64,000 nt of DNA from contig NC_043013.1 of assembly GCF_006345805.1 (NCBI RefSeq), positions 20,832,001-20,896,000 on the forward strand. Direction: 5' to 3'. Within the stretch, counting starts at the first letter, position 1. Every line of letters begins with the position of its first letter. Shown piece by piece: positions 14,088 through 28,293 of the stretch. Position numbers and translations under genes: made by a program. The notes beneath the pieces are model-generated. The model was not told the DNA's origin, ran no database searches, and worked only from the letters and a program-made list of their open reading frames with translations. This stretch comes from Octopus sinensis. Its lineage: Eukaryota.

Positions 14088-14435
14088 AAGGGTAAAGGGT
14101 AAAGACCCCCTTCGGTCATGAGTGACCATGGGTTTGCACCTAGAGAGTTACCCTCTGAGGCACAAGTCTGGGCATGGTTTTTTTATGGAAGACCAGTAGT
14201 CGCCCATGCATACCGGCCTCCCCTCTCCACGTCACCAGTGTTATCCAAGGGAAAAAACAAAGGTCGATACAGCTTGGCACCTGTGACGTCGCAACTCATT
14301 TCTACAGCTGAGTGAACTGGAGCAACGTGAAAATAAAGTGTCTTGCTCAAGAACACAACACGCAGCCCGGTCCGGGATTCGAGCTCACAACCTCACGATC
14401 GTAAGCTCGACGCTCTAACCACTGAGCCATGCGCC
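14088..14435 (-). mobile_element. tRNA-derived SINE family C with (CCCTTTA)n tail
   Basis: Head GGCGCATGGCTCAGTGGTTAGAGCG...GAGCTCGAATCCC (A and B boxes); homologues at 35188 and 59533. Confidence 0.85.
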
Positions 14436-14451
14436 TTCACTCTGAGCCATG

Positions 14452-14460
14452 ATATATATA

Positions 14461-14540
<80 letters not shown>

Positions 14541-14562
14541 TATATATAATATAATATATATA

Positions 14563-14630
<68 letters not shown>

Positions 14631-14692
14631 ATATATATATCATATATATATATATATATATATATATCTATATATATATATATATAATATAG

Positions 14693-14776
<84 letters not shown>
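14452..14776. repeat. (TA)n, ~320 bp; representative of more than 25 TA tracts in the window
   Basis: Direct reading. Confidence 0.97.
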
Positions 14777-14783
<7 letters not shown>

Positions 14784-16322
14784 ATATACGTACAAAAATG
14801 AAAGAAGTTTGTTTTGTTCTTACTACAGCTTATAACATGGAATGGAGTAATAAAATTGTGAAAATAGGATCCAAAAAGGAAGCATATTGGCGGTATGCGA
14901 AGTGGAAAGGGTTCTTTGTTGTCTGAAAGGGTTATACGTTTCTTTGGTATTTTGATGAAGAAAGGGCAGTTATAAGAAAGGGCAGTGAAGAAAGGGCAGT
15001 GATAAGAAATGCTTAATTGAATATTGTTACTGTGAAAATGAAGGTAACGAACTGGAACAGTGATTGGAATATGATGTCGTATACTTTCTGAATCTCAGTA
15101 CTCTGAGTAACTGTCTCAGTACACTGCAACGTAGGGTCACTCTTCCAAAAAGACTTTTACATAACTGGTGACCCAATTGTGATAAGGGTAACGCTGAATG
15201 AACCCATTCAAAAGTGTTTTCACCATACCGCCTACGGCACTTGCAATTCAGTAAACATGCAGAGTTCTTTGCCACTCCATGTATAGAAAGGAAGTTCTCT
15301 TAACTCCTATGCCTTGAAATTGTAAGGTCTACTCTACCATGTAGTACTATATATAAACCTAACTGGTTGGTCAGAGATGAATCTCTGTTTCATCGGGAAC
15401 GACCTAGGAATGAAACTAAACGAACTATAAACCACATCGAGGGGTTTCTATGCTAAACATAGCGACCAAATCTGCCTGAAACTACACCGAACTGTCTGAA
15501 TATAAGGGAAAGGATTCTTAAACCATTCGTTTAATTTTATGCACCGAAAGAATAGGACGATTGTGGTTGGAACAACTTTGGTTTGCTTAGTAACGGCCAG
15601 TCTGTAGACAAGCAATAACTACAACAGTTACGATTTGAGTTATTTCCAGTCATTTGCTAAGATAGTGACTTATTCCTAACCACAGTCACTGATACAGGTT
15701 ATAACTAATGAAGCTGACATGCAGCTTCTCTAATTATTTTAATTACAGCTTCAACTGCATTATTGGCTTCTCTCCCAAACTGTCGAGTTATGACTATTGA
15801 GATAAATTATTCCAGATACCTGCCATTTTCTCATTCCTTCATGGTTCGTTGGAAATTTCTGCAATCTTAACTGGTTAAACAACAACAACAACAACAACAG
15901 CAGTAGTAGGAACAACTTCGTTTTCGGATCGTCAGTATTGTTTCACAGTCAGAGTACAACGGGAATGACGAGGACATTAAATCAGTTTTGCAATATAATG
16001 GCATGTTTTTATGGTTAACAATTTCGCTTCACAAGTACAAGGTATAGTGTTCTATCCTACTGCAGACCTGTGTTTACTAAGACTTTGTCAATGGAACTAT
16101 ATATGGCCGTCAGTTGATCGGAATGGCCTTGTTCTCTGGTAGTAGTAGCAGATCTAACACACCGACAAATGACGCTGGACCTTAACATATCACGCAATTT
16201 AACACCGCAACCTGAACATTGGCTAATTTTACTCACACCCGACGTGAGGAATCAGATTTCCTCTCTACTGGCATCTAATCATGGGTCCCTCAAGAAGGCT
16301 CAAATTCTCTGCCCCACTTTTT

Positions 16323-16730
16323 TTTTACTCTTTTACTCTTTTACTCTTGTACTTGTTTCAGTCATTTGACTGCGGCCATGCTGGAGTACCGCTTTTAGTC
16401 GAGAAAATCGACCCCAGGACTTATTCTTTGGAAGCCTAGTACTTATTCTATCGGTTTCTTTTGCCGAACCACTAAGTTACGGGGACGTAAACACATCAGC
16501 ATCGGTTGTCAAGTGATGTTGGGGGGACAAACACAGACATACAAACACACACACACACACACATACACGACGGGATTCTTTTCAGTTTCCGTCTACCAAA
16601 TCTACTCACAAGGCTTTGGTCGGCCCGAGGCTATAGTAGAAGACACTTGCCCAAGGTGCCCCGCAATGGGACTGATCCAGGAACCATGTGGTTGGTAAGC
16701 AAGCTACTTACCACACAGCCACTCCTGCGT
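16323..16730 (-). mobile_element. SINE family A, full copy
   Basis: All blocks present; (TTTTACTC)n tail on the plus strand. Confidence 0.85.
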
Positions 16731-17423
16731 CTTTCATAGTCGTTTAATTGTATCTCACAAAATTACCTACATGGGCGGGTCATTGCATTCCACATGGCCG
16801 TTGTGTCCCGGGGTAGCCACAAGAATTTCCAGTTTGAAGAGACAATTTAGCAGTTGTCTACGTCTGCTTGGCCAGGATATGGACTCTGGTTAGTCTCAGA
16901 AAGTTGCGATGCCATGAAAGACAGGTGATTTTATTAATATGTATGTCTGTTTGCCTGAGCGTATCAGTATCCATGTAGGTACCTCTATGTGTGAATGTGT
17001 ATGTGTGTATGTATATGTGTGTGTGTGTGCGAGTGTGTGCGTGTGTGTATGCATGTGTGTGTATGTGTGTGTGAGCAGGTATATGTATTTGTGTACAAAC
17101 ACTTACACCATTATAAATTTTTCCTGCACCCTGGGTACACACCTTCGTATTTAGTAAACTGTTAAAACTTAGAGGCAGCTAAAATATTCGAGTAGAGTCA
17201 CAGCACAGTACCAACCATGAAACCTTGTAATGTTCGTCGCTGTTCTGCACTCAAGAAACGGAAGCGATTGGGAATTGATATTCTTGTCAGATTTATGAAC
17301 AAACCAATTCTTAGATTGCATTTTCAAGGGATTCTCGCTTTCTGGATTCCTGGTGTTTGCTATAGAATTCGTACGCACTTCACTTTATGTAGGTGTGAAA
17401 GTACGTACATATGTATACACACA

Positions 17424-17461
<38 letters not shown>

Positions 17462-17473
17462 TATGTATGCATG

Positions 17474-17504
<31 letters not shown>

Positions 17505-17682
17505 ATGCATATATGTATTTATACATATATATATTTATTTATATATATATATCTATAAATATATATATATATATATATACTCCATATATGTATAACATGT
17601 ACATATATCTATATACATATAGGTATAAGTATAATATAGAAATATATATATATACATGTGTGTATGTGTGTGTGTGTGTTAG

Positions 17683-17717
<35 letters not shown>

Positions 17718-18487
17718 CAAGAGGCTGATAGAGAGAGAAAGAGAGACAGATGTATATACATGTATATGCAAAAGTATGTATGTGCACACACACACACGCT
17801 TACACGTACGCATATATATGTATTGATATATACATACATGCGCATACATATACGTAAGTATGCATACATTTATGTATATGTTCCCCATATTGCTTAGAAA
17901 TGTTTCTCACCTAATGGAAGATTGTTGTTCAGAAATTCTTCTTTATGATCTGAATGGTTTTATTACTCTACATAATATCAGATGAAGAATTATTTTCATA
18001 TCAAAATGAAATATTCTCAGATTTTCCTCTCTCATCCTTCTTCTCTTCTGAATTTATGTTGCGCTTCCAATAACAAATTGTACGGAAATCCTTAGAGATT
18101 TCACGTTCACTGTAGAAATGTACTACACATTTAGTTGTAAAACTCTATACGTAGTGCATGAGTACGTTCATATACATAAATACACACTTATGTACATATT
18201 TCTATGTATATATATATATATATATAATATATATATATATATGAATAATATTTCTAGTTATATATTCGGTTTGACATGTATTTACATAATTTACAGCCAT
18301 GTGATTCAGTGTGAAATGTTCATGCTAAATGCATATAAGTATATATTAAATTTCATGAGTGCATTTATATGTGTGTGTCTGTGTGTGTGTGTAAGAGAGA
18401 GAGAGAGAGAGAGAGAAGAGAGAGAAATACCAGCATATATATATATAAATGTGTGTGTGTGTGCGTGTGTGTGTGTGTGGTAAGAAG

Positions 18488-18640
18488 TGTGGCTGTGTGA
18501 TGAGAAACTTGCTTCCCAACCACATGGCTCCTAGTTCAGTCCCACTTCCTGGCACCTTGGGCAAGTGTCTTCCACTGTAGCCTGGTCCTGACCAAAGCTT
18601 TGTGAGTGGATATAGTAGACGGAAACTGAAAGAAGCCTGT

Positions 18641-18710
<70 letters not shown>

Positions 18711-19341
18711 TGTGTATATTCTTTTACTCTTTTACTTGTTTCAGTCAGTTGACTGCGGCCATGCTGGAGCACCGCCTTTAGTCGAGCAACTCGACCCCGG
18801 GACTTATTCTTTGTAAGCCCAGTACTTATTCTATCGGTCTCTTATGCCGAACCGCTAGATGACGGGGACATAAACACACCAGCATCGGTTGTCAAGCAAT
18901 GCTAGGGGGACAAACACAGACACACACACATACACGCATACATATATACATATATATACATATATACGACAGGCTTCTTTCAGTTTCCGTCTACCAAACC
19001 CACTCACAAGGCTTTGGTGGGCCCGAGGCTATAGTAGAAGACACTTGCCCACGATGCCACGCAGTGGGACTGAACCCGGAACCATGTTGTTGGTAAGCAA
19101 GCTACTTACCACACAGCCATATAAATATAAATATATGTTTTTGTGTGTATGTGGTTTGCCCTCCATCATCATTTGACAACCGATGTTGTTGTGTTTACGT
19201 CTCTTAACTTAGCGGTTCGGCAAAAGAGTCCGAATAAATAAGTACTAGGCTTACAGAGAATAAGTCCTGGGTCGATTTCTTCGACTAAAGGCGGTGCTCC
19301 AGCATGGCTGCAGTCAAATGAATGAAAAATAAAAGATAAAA

Positions 19342-19343
<2 letters not shown>
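18488..19343 (+). mobile_element. SINE family A split by a nested antisense copy
   Basis: 5' half 18488-18642; 3' half ~19158-19343. Confidence 0.8.
18721..19120 (-). mobile_element. SINE family A, full copy nested in the central microsatellite of another copy
   Basis: Complete minus-strand copy between the two halves. Confidence 0.85.
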
Positions 19344-19410
<67 letters not shown>

Positions 19411-19450
19411 ATATATATATATATATATATAATATATATATATATATATT

Positions 19451-19503
<53 letters not shown>

Positions 19504-20149
19504 GTATAGATAGCTAGACGACAGACAGCAAGGTAGTTTATATAGAGGGAATTTATCTTGGGGCACTATGGTGATTGTATATAAACAATATTGTTATGTT
19601 GTATAAAGATATAACTTAAGATTACTAAAAATGATATAACCAGAATAGATAAAATGTGTATATACATACCAATATTCAACATTAGAAAAGAAAGGTTACA
19701 TAGAATTAGTTTAATATTCGTTCCTGTACTTAATTATTTACTTATTAGGTGGTTTCTATAAAGATTGCTCTGGGTATTTACTCATGGAATACCGGGGCTA
19801 TAAATCATGCTATCTTTATATTAATTATAAGCTAAGAATCAGAAATAAAATCGGAAAAAATAAGCTGTGCACAGATACATACACATATTTAATTATGTGC
19901 ACACTTGCAAATATACATAAATATTTGTATTTTATTTTGGGTACGTTATAATCAACTCTCAGAGACCTAATTAACTAGAAAGTTTATATTTCTCTTTAAG
20001 AACATTAATAACTTATAAGAGATAAGAAGTTAATAGGTAAAGGTATCAAAATAAGAAAACAAAATAAGAAATTATGGAGAATAGTAAGAAAATATATCTA
20101 ACTTATTATATATAATACTAGGGAGTGAGTTCACATCAGCTATGACACC

Positions 20150-20910
20150 AAAAATTGATTTCCCTTATCCAGGTTCAAGTGTAGCACCTTTAAACGCTAA
20201 TTTCGAAAATATTTAAATGTACTGGTGACCCTATTTACGCATGATAACCTTAGGTCTAATCTATTATTAATCAGATTACTCTTGTCCCATTACTTAAGAT
20301 TTCATACGTTTCCATAGAGCACCACCCGCAGGCGTATCAACTATCTCTATAAGGCTGCACTTCCCATATAATATCCCATTTAAGGCTAAATTCAATTCTG
20401 CTTCCCTTCAGTTCCCAAATCTTGCGAGATAAGGACGTACAATTGGCCTTATGTTTGAGTCCTAAAAGAGGAAAAAGGGCTATTAATACATTTTTTATAT
20501 TTATTGAACATCTTATATATACAAAGTTATCAGCTACTGTTGTGATTGTACGTTTATAGATTGTGTCTTGGTTTAGACGTCAGCCTAATAACGGACAGTG
20601 GATTTAACTCTTCAATTGCAACTAGGAGAATTACTGCTACTAATATTACTGATATTCATACCATGATTATTATTATTAATATTACTATTAATATTAATCC
20701 TACTACTACTATTGTTTGTGTTATTTTCATATCTCTTTCCTCTTCTTGCCCTATTAGAGAATTTGAGTAACATTATATTAATGTGTCCAAATGATTAAAA
20801 ATTCTATTTATTTATGAAGCTGAGGATAGCCCTGCATTTAAACGGATTCAATGCTAGCATTGTCCAATTAAGTGGAGACGCTTTGAAACGGTCGTACTGC
20901 TTCACCTCTT
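20150..20910 (-). mobile_element. Degenerate Penelope-like GIY-YIG fragment, second copy
   Basis: Manual translation: IYKRTITT...VYI, TSLSRKIWELKGSRIEFSLKWDII...PY...C.WC..E.YEIL; 5' end abuts (TA)n 20907-20970. Confidence 0.7.
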
Positions 20911-20924
20911 GATATTCTGTTGCT

Positions 20925-20973
<49 letters not shown>

Positions 20974-21054
20974 CATTAAGATTGAGCTGAATTAGGTACT
21001 TAAATTGAGGAATCTTCCTACTTCGGTACAGTCTGCTCGAAATTAGGTGAACAA

Positions 21055-21898
21055 AATGCAAATAAGTAACTAGGATGTTCAGGTACCAATGCATTACGGC
21101 CATTTCAAGCGGCCCTATTTAATCGATCAATGAAGACATTACATCAATTTGAGAGAAACTACTCTCCTCATATGTAGATGACCATATAGATTACCAACAT
21201 AAAGGATAAGCCATTTTTAGGAAATCTATATCAGTACTAGAAACCAAAATAATTACGCTGTTTCCTTAGGTTATATTTGTGGCCGAATAAATTCAGAGAA
21301 TAATGCATATCTTATTAAGCCTACAACAATTTAGAGAGTAGCAGAGGAAAATAGTAAGGATCCAGATGTAGGAATAGTGAGATGAATAGTGGATATATGG
21401 TCCTATTAAAATAAGGTTCTGGGAAGTTGTCTGAACATTAATTGATTTATCAGCGACAACTGGAACATAGCTGACAACTCCCAATTGTTTTAATGCTAAA
21501 TAGTGGTAGTCTAAATAAGCTGCATAAAATCTTATAAATATAAATGAAGATAAATGTAAATAACTACCTCAGCACTCCTATATCTTGACCCGCAGTATTT
21601 TCCTGTTAATCTCTAAATTATTGTAGGCTTAATATTCATTATTCATTCATTATTCTTTAAATTTATTCTGCCACACATATAACATAACGAAACAATGGAA
21701 TTATTTTGGATTCTAGTACTGATATGAATTTGTTAAAAATGGTTTACTCTTTATGTTGGAAATCTGCATGGTTATCTACAGCTGATGTGAGCGGTTTCTT
21801 TCAAATTGTTGTAACGTTTTCATTGATCGATTCAATGCAGCCGCTTGAAACCGCCGTAATGCATTGATATCTGGACATCTTTGTAACTTATTTGCATT
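21055..21898. repeat. Old inverted repeat, arms ~21055-21385 and ~21563-21898
   Basis: Shared blocks include AATGCAAATAAGT, CAATGCATTACGGC, AATCGATCAATGAA, TCAGTACTAGAA, TATTAAGCCTACAA in inverted order; roughly 80% identity by eye. Confidence 0.88.
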
Positions 21899-22732
21899 AT
21901 ATATATATATATATGTATTCAATTGTTACTTCATCCTCATGATAGCAGAACTAGTTTTGGAATAGTTACTCGCTTTTACTCATAAATTTTGGCCGCGCTT
22001 AACAAAGATTTTTCACGTGGCCATTCTGTTTTGTTATTGGCCCGAAGAAACCAATCAGCTCACTCGTCAATCCACAGTTTCGTTTAATTCGAATTGTGTT
22101 ACATTCAGATTAAATTGACAACTGGGTTATATTTAACTGCATCTTCATACATATTGATAGAATTCTGGTCCACTTTCTCTTCATTGCAACTTGGAGCAAG
22201 ATCTTTCAAGCATAATTTTCTCTTCTCTTTTATAGAAAATAATCGACGAAAACTGAACCCAAGTCTGTTCATTGCTGGGTACCTATTTTACAGAAGAGTG
22301 ACGTAACATGTCACTCGCTTTAATTCCTCGCCTCAGGGTGACTGTGGTGGATTTCTTCTGTTACAAACATTCGAAACTAAGTTGAAAGGCGTACCATCCG
22401 TAACCATTCTCTAATTCGTTCAATCTCAGTTCACTCAGAAACGTATGATCAAACGTATCTTTTATCAAACGTAGCAATCCCTTAGTAGTCTCCTTATTGG
22501 CTTATGGGTATGGAAGGTTTATATATTGGTCAGGTAACTGTTTACAGTTGTGTATAATCATTTGCCGTTTATTCTCAGTGAATTATATAGGTTCCATTTA
22601 ATAAACATTAAATATTTGCCTGGCGGCAACTGAAGCCAGTCTGGTTTTTGTAACACATCTACTAGAATATCTGACATCTTAAACCACGATCAAGACGTAT
22701 CTCATCCTTGAAAGCTTTGAGGAAAACAATAT

Positions 22733-22930
22733 TGATTTCAAATTTTGGGTCAAGGCTAGCAATTTTAGGGGAGAGGCTAGTCGATCACATCGACCCCAGT
22801 ATTCAACTAGTACCTTTTTATCGTCCCCGAAGGGGTAAATTCGGCCTGGGCGGAATTTGAACTCAGAACGTAAAGTCGGGTGAAATGCCACTAAGCATTT
22901 TGCCCACTGTGCTAACGATTCTGCCAGCTT
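22733..22930 (-). mobile_element. SINE family B
   Basis: TCGACCCCAGT...GGCGGAATTTGAACTCAGAACG...CTGCCAGC. Confidence 0.75.
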
Positions 22931-24404
22931 GTCACATTACTTTAACGAAAGCTATATTACTAGCCTTGACCTCAGTAACAGTTTACCTATGTCTGTTACA
23001 AAACATTTCTTATGGTTCCTACTTGTCTCTTGTTCCTTAAATCAGAGAATGCGTAAGAATTCTATTAACTATCGTCGCTGTATCTTATATCCCTATTATT
23101 TAGATCTACCTCACGCCCCACGTATCGACCACAGGTATGACCCGACACTCATTACAACTGAAGAGATATCACATCGTATTTACCAGCCTAGTGAGTTCTG
23201 TGAAAGCTATGAGCGTCGCCCGTATTCCTTCAACTTAAAATAAATTATTTGCTAAATACAAAAGAAGATACACAGCAAGATGCGCTCCTCTTCTTAATTG
23301 TAGAGTTTCTTTCTTTATACCTATCTACACCAATTCATGAGAGTTTGCTATATATAACTACATGTTACCAATTCACCTTTGACTCGATATCTATACGGCA
23401 TCACTAATACAATAAACCTTTAAACTGAAGCCGAACAATATTTCAGTCACATTCACTGTTTCCTACGAGCAAACAATGTCCATTCATATTCTATGAATAC
23501 AGATTGTATGAAAGCACTTAGATTTAACTGTCGAGATATACAGGATAAAGTGATCGTTAATAGAATAACAATAATAATAAAAAGGCCAGTAGCTATTCAC
23601 TTAGAAAGTCATTTGTTTAGTTGGTTTCTTTTGTTTGCATTCTTTAGGAAATTGCATATGTTAACAATAATTATGTTCTTTTTTCAGTTTTTACTTTCAA
23701 CAAAATACAAAGAGAACGTTCTCGAACTTACCACTGTAAATATTGTTCTTGTATTACAATATACGACAGAAAATCTATAAAGATTCTGACAGAGTGCGTC
23801 GTTGATTTTAACCACTTAATAAGACATTTCAACAGTTCTTCCATGGAGGTCAAGTTTGCTAATCACCGAAAGAAGTTCTTCCTCACAGCGAGTAGGGGAG
23901 GGGTGCAAGTAAATAACAATATATAAAACTGTTTTGGTTCAGATGAGGAAGCTGTGTCTGGTGTTATTTTGCTGTCGCTAAAGCTTGATCTCTCCGTTGC
24001 AGACTCTTGGGTTTGTATATATAGAGCAGCATGATCTAACATGTTCTTTCAATTTTCGTACAGTAAAATGTGATTTGGGGACAAAATATGTTATAATTAG
24101 TAGAGCAAGCAATTACATAAAGGCCCTGATGTAAACAAGCACATAAAGGCCCGTGTGTGTGTGTCTGTGTGTGTGTGTCTGTGTCTATGTGTTTGTGTGA
24201 GAGAGAGAGAAGGAGAGTGAGAGAGAGCGTGTGTGTTTGATTGTATTTGTTTGGAATTAAAATATTTTTTGTTTGTTTTACCTTTGCATTCACTAACACT
24301 GATAAAAGCTCTTTTATTTAAATCAAGACAACAGTTTTGTGGTTATCCGAACCTATTGATGTATGTTTATGTGTGTGTGTGAGTGTGTGCATATGTATGT
24401 TTGC

Positions 24405-24442
<38 letters not shown>

Positions 24443-24569
24443 GTGTTTGTGTGCACGCGTACAGATGCCCCGGTGTTGTGAGTGCGCATGTCTCTTTCGT
24501 AGCCAAGTTTCCGGGCTTCAATTACTTAATGTAGCAGTGCATATGTCTGCATTCCATATCTACATGTGA

Positions 24570-25260
24570 TCGAGTGTATTCCTTACCATTTGGATTCGGA
24601 GGCTAAGAATCATTCTCCTCTCTTTGGAAAATCACAAGATTTCTAAGTTTTTATGCTAGTCTGTCATGTACCTAACAGTAACTACAATAACGTGTACGAA
24701 TAAAAATTTACACCCTGGATATAAGAACTATAGTTGTCTCAATAGTTCTCCCTAGGTGTTCTACTTTTCGACAATTCTTTCCGATCTACTCACATACGCT
24801 CTGCAGCTGATCTCTGCATCTTCCTGGCTTATTGTGTATAATCCACGTTGCTGTTTTAATGGAATTATACCGACCGATATTCTTTATTTTTAAAGATACA
24901 GATACATTCTGTTTCTGCTACGCATTTGTATAACGACCAGGACATTTCTTTCTTTGTATAGCATTGTAGATTCTTTCAGCAACAACGTCGTCCCTTATTT
25001 TTCGATAGCTACTGATTGTGGAGGACATCTTCTGCATTTATGACGCAATTGACGTTTCCTCCCGCAATGTGGAGATTTAGAGGCCGCCTTACCTCTCTTG
25101 TTGACTCGGTATTTACTAGTTTGGTAAAGATATAGCTTGCTTGATGAGATGTAATATATCTACCGTCGGTCCAGGAGAAGCAAGTCTTCCCGTCAAAGTT
25201 GTTGATATCTCTAGCTTGTGGGATACATTTAATTACATAGTCTAGCCTCATCTGTTTTAT
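24570..25260 (-). mobile_element. Old degenerate RLE-type (R4/NeSL-like) LINE 3' fragment
   Basis: Manual translation with frameshifts and stops: FSWTDGRYITSH, EDVLH-ISS...RDDVVAERIYNAIQRKKCP, HNKP, GELLRQL*FLYPGCKF. Confidence 0.55.
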
Positions 25261-27096
25261 TTACATGCGCTTAGGGAACTTAGCGTCAGACATCATCGTT
25301 CGTAGGAGCCTCGTTATATACATTTATCTAGGTATGATATGCGATAGACCTTTTTCAATGAAGGAATTAAGGTGAACATCCAGAGAGAACTCAGTAGATT
25401 TCAGTATAGCATAGAATACTTATTACAGTGACAATTCCGACCATTTTACAATTGTTTCAAAAATTGCAGGTGAAGGCCTAGGGAAATCCCCCAGATAGCA
25501 ACTACAAATCAATCTGAACTCTTCTTCTCTTCTTCCATGTATTACCGTTAATTTATTTAGTTTTCTGTATCACTGGGGGCCAACACCTTCACAGTAACTA
25601 TTATTTTCTGTCTATCATTTTGTTATGTCTTTCACTTTTTTTTCCTTTATGTATCTCTTGTTCTCGCCTCTTATCCACTTCTCTTATATTTATTCTCTTC
25701 TTTCTGAATCTCTTATTCTCTCTTTTGCATTTAGTCTTTCTTCATATCTTCTTTTCACCTATACTCTCCACTCCTTTTTCTCTCTGTCTCCCACGTTTCC
25801 TTCCTCGCTATTCTGTTATTTCTTATCCTGTATCTTGCACACCAACAGCAAATACTACCGCTACCCCTATCTTTTTGACTGTAAGATTCATTAAATATCT
25901 TGCATATAATATTCACAGAACTTTGTTTCTATTATTTTGCAGACGATATTTACAATAGACGACAAACAAAACATTCACACAGTTCTTGTGTCTAATAAAT
26001 ATTCCCAGTGAATTCCTTCTTTAAACTCGACGAGAAACACAAAAAGTTTCCGGCCAATGGCTTGTATTTAACTTAGTACGAAATTCTTACCGCTTTCTTC
26101 AAATCATATTTATTGACAAGAATCTTTTTTAATTGTTCAGACATTTGCACATCAATACAGTTTCCATGTAATGAAATTTTTGTTCCATGTTATTCGCTAA
26201 TAATTCCAGGAAAGTCTGCTTCTAAGTCAATATATCTCCAGAAACAATGTTTAGAGAAACAGAAACAAGATGCTCAATAACACACAAAACCATTCCTTTC
26301 TATCTGAAGTTTTGTAAATTACAACAAAGTGTATATATTCTTTATTTTCATAAATAGTTTTTAGACTGTATCTACCTTAATAAGAAGCTGTAATCAAGCT
26401 GCTAAATCAAGCCTGTTTCGAAATTTCACTTCACTTCCGCTACTAGTATTTTGTACCGACGCTTCAACCACACAAACGTCTCAATTAGTGTTTAATGTAT
26501 ACGGGCAAACAAGTAGAATTGTGTCATGCAGGTATGGCTGCTTTGTTATGGAAACTTGGCGGTCTTATCATGCAACCTCGGTTATGTCACGCAAATCAGG
26601 ATTATGAATAACTGTTTACGAAATTTTCTTCTCCATTCACTACAGTTTGTAAAACGGTCTTCTACCTATACATACATACTTACACACTTCGAAACACACT
26701 TTGAGTCGAACCAGGGACAGCTGATGAAGGGAAATTTTCCTTGTATTGTTTGTCCTGTACTCTGTTTTTTCGTTGTTTAAAAAAAGTCCGTTTCCTTGTT
26801 TGATTTTATGTTCTCGTCTCTCGTTGTGTTCTACGTTTATTTGTGGTGTCCTGTACTCATATATATATATGTATGTATGCATGTATATATATACATGTAG
26901 ATGTAAGTATGTACATATATGTATGTATATATGCATATATTTATTTATTTATTATATTACTATATGACCGAACGCCCGCGTTATTTCTCTATTTCTCTTC
27001 ACCAAGTTATATATATACATATATATTATATTTATATATATATATATATAATATATTGTGTATGTATGTATGTATGTATGTTATGTATGTATGTAT

Positions 27097-27300
27097 AGTA
27101 GAATTTACCAAAAAGAAAACAAAAGGCGAATACGGCGTGTAAACAACAAACAGATGTATTAGTTTAACGCTCGGGAAGTGAGAAAGTCTTTTACGTTTCG
27201 ATCCTACGCTCATTGACAGAAAGGAACACAGAAATAAACAGGGAGAGAAAATAGAAAAAGGTACGTGGCTGGCGATCTGTCATGGCGAATGGCGGGGTAA
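27097..27300 (-). mobile_element. Related solo element with degenerate hammerhead (27188-27223)
   Basis: CTTT-CTGTCAA-T-GAGC/GTAG/GATC-GAAA-CGTA-AAAG; abuts a TA/TATG tract. Confidence 0.55.
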
Positions 27301-27709
27301 CATAAAGGGTTCACGCAGGAGAACTAGGAAGAAAAGGAGATAATAAACTAGTGGTGATCCCAAAACGAAGGTGCGCGTGCGTGTGTATGTGAGAGCGTGT
27401 ATGAGCGTGTGGAAGGGGGCTGGTAACTTTGCCGTGTGCATGTGTGCATGTGTAGGTGCTGGAAAGTGGTCAGTGCTAGTGTGTGCGGGGTGGTGTGATG
27501 TAGTGGTGTGTTGTATGTTGGTGTGATGGTGTGTGGTGTGATGGTGTGTGGTGGTGTGTGTGTTGTAGTGGAGTGAGGGAGGCGAGAGTAGTTGAAGCAA
27601 GGGTGGGGTGTAGGGGATGGGGTGGGGGATGGGATGTATAAGAATGGTGTGCGGTTAGAATGTGTAGGGTGGCGTAACGGGGATGAGGTGACGATATATA
27701 TATATATAT

Positions 27710-27827
<118 letters not shown>

Positions 27828-28253
27828 GAGGGGTAGTAAAGTAACTAATCAAAGTTAGGCTTCATACATGTAGTTACATGACGAAAATGATTTCGATTAT
27901 AAAATTCAAGTGAAATATTTAGAGAAATCTTGTGTAATCTGTTATGACAGTGCCTCAGGCGGCCAGACTGAAGTAATAACCACATTCATAGATGATATAG
28001 GCATCCCACTTCTTTTTAAAAGGAGTCCTAATTTGCTTTGACAATTTCATCTGAACTTTTCACTCATGACACAATTATGACATCATGAAAATATTTCCTA
28101 TGAATATGGTTATTACGTCAGCTTAGCTCTTGAGACAGCTGACGGAACAAGACTTACATAGGTATAATATATATATATATATATGCATGTATGTATGTAC
28201 GTATGTACGTATATATGTATGTATATATATACATATATAATATATATATATAT

Positions 28254-28290
<37 letters not shown>

Positions 28291-28293
<3 letters not shown>

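Noticed and set aside
14088-14435. tRNA genes (also 9716, 49900, 58051)
   Set aside because: A and B boxes are present but there is no acceptor stem, and the sequence continues into SINE bodies
15000-15320. Hydrophobic GPCR-like minus-strand peptide
   Set aside because: Multiple stops, and the similarity is only compositional
23000-23260. Possible RT relic on the minus strand (IRYSDD, GIR.GD)
   Set aside because: Too few residues across several frames to exclude chance
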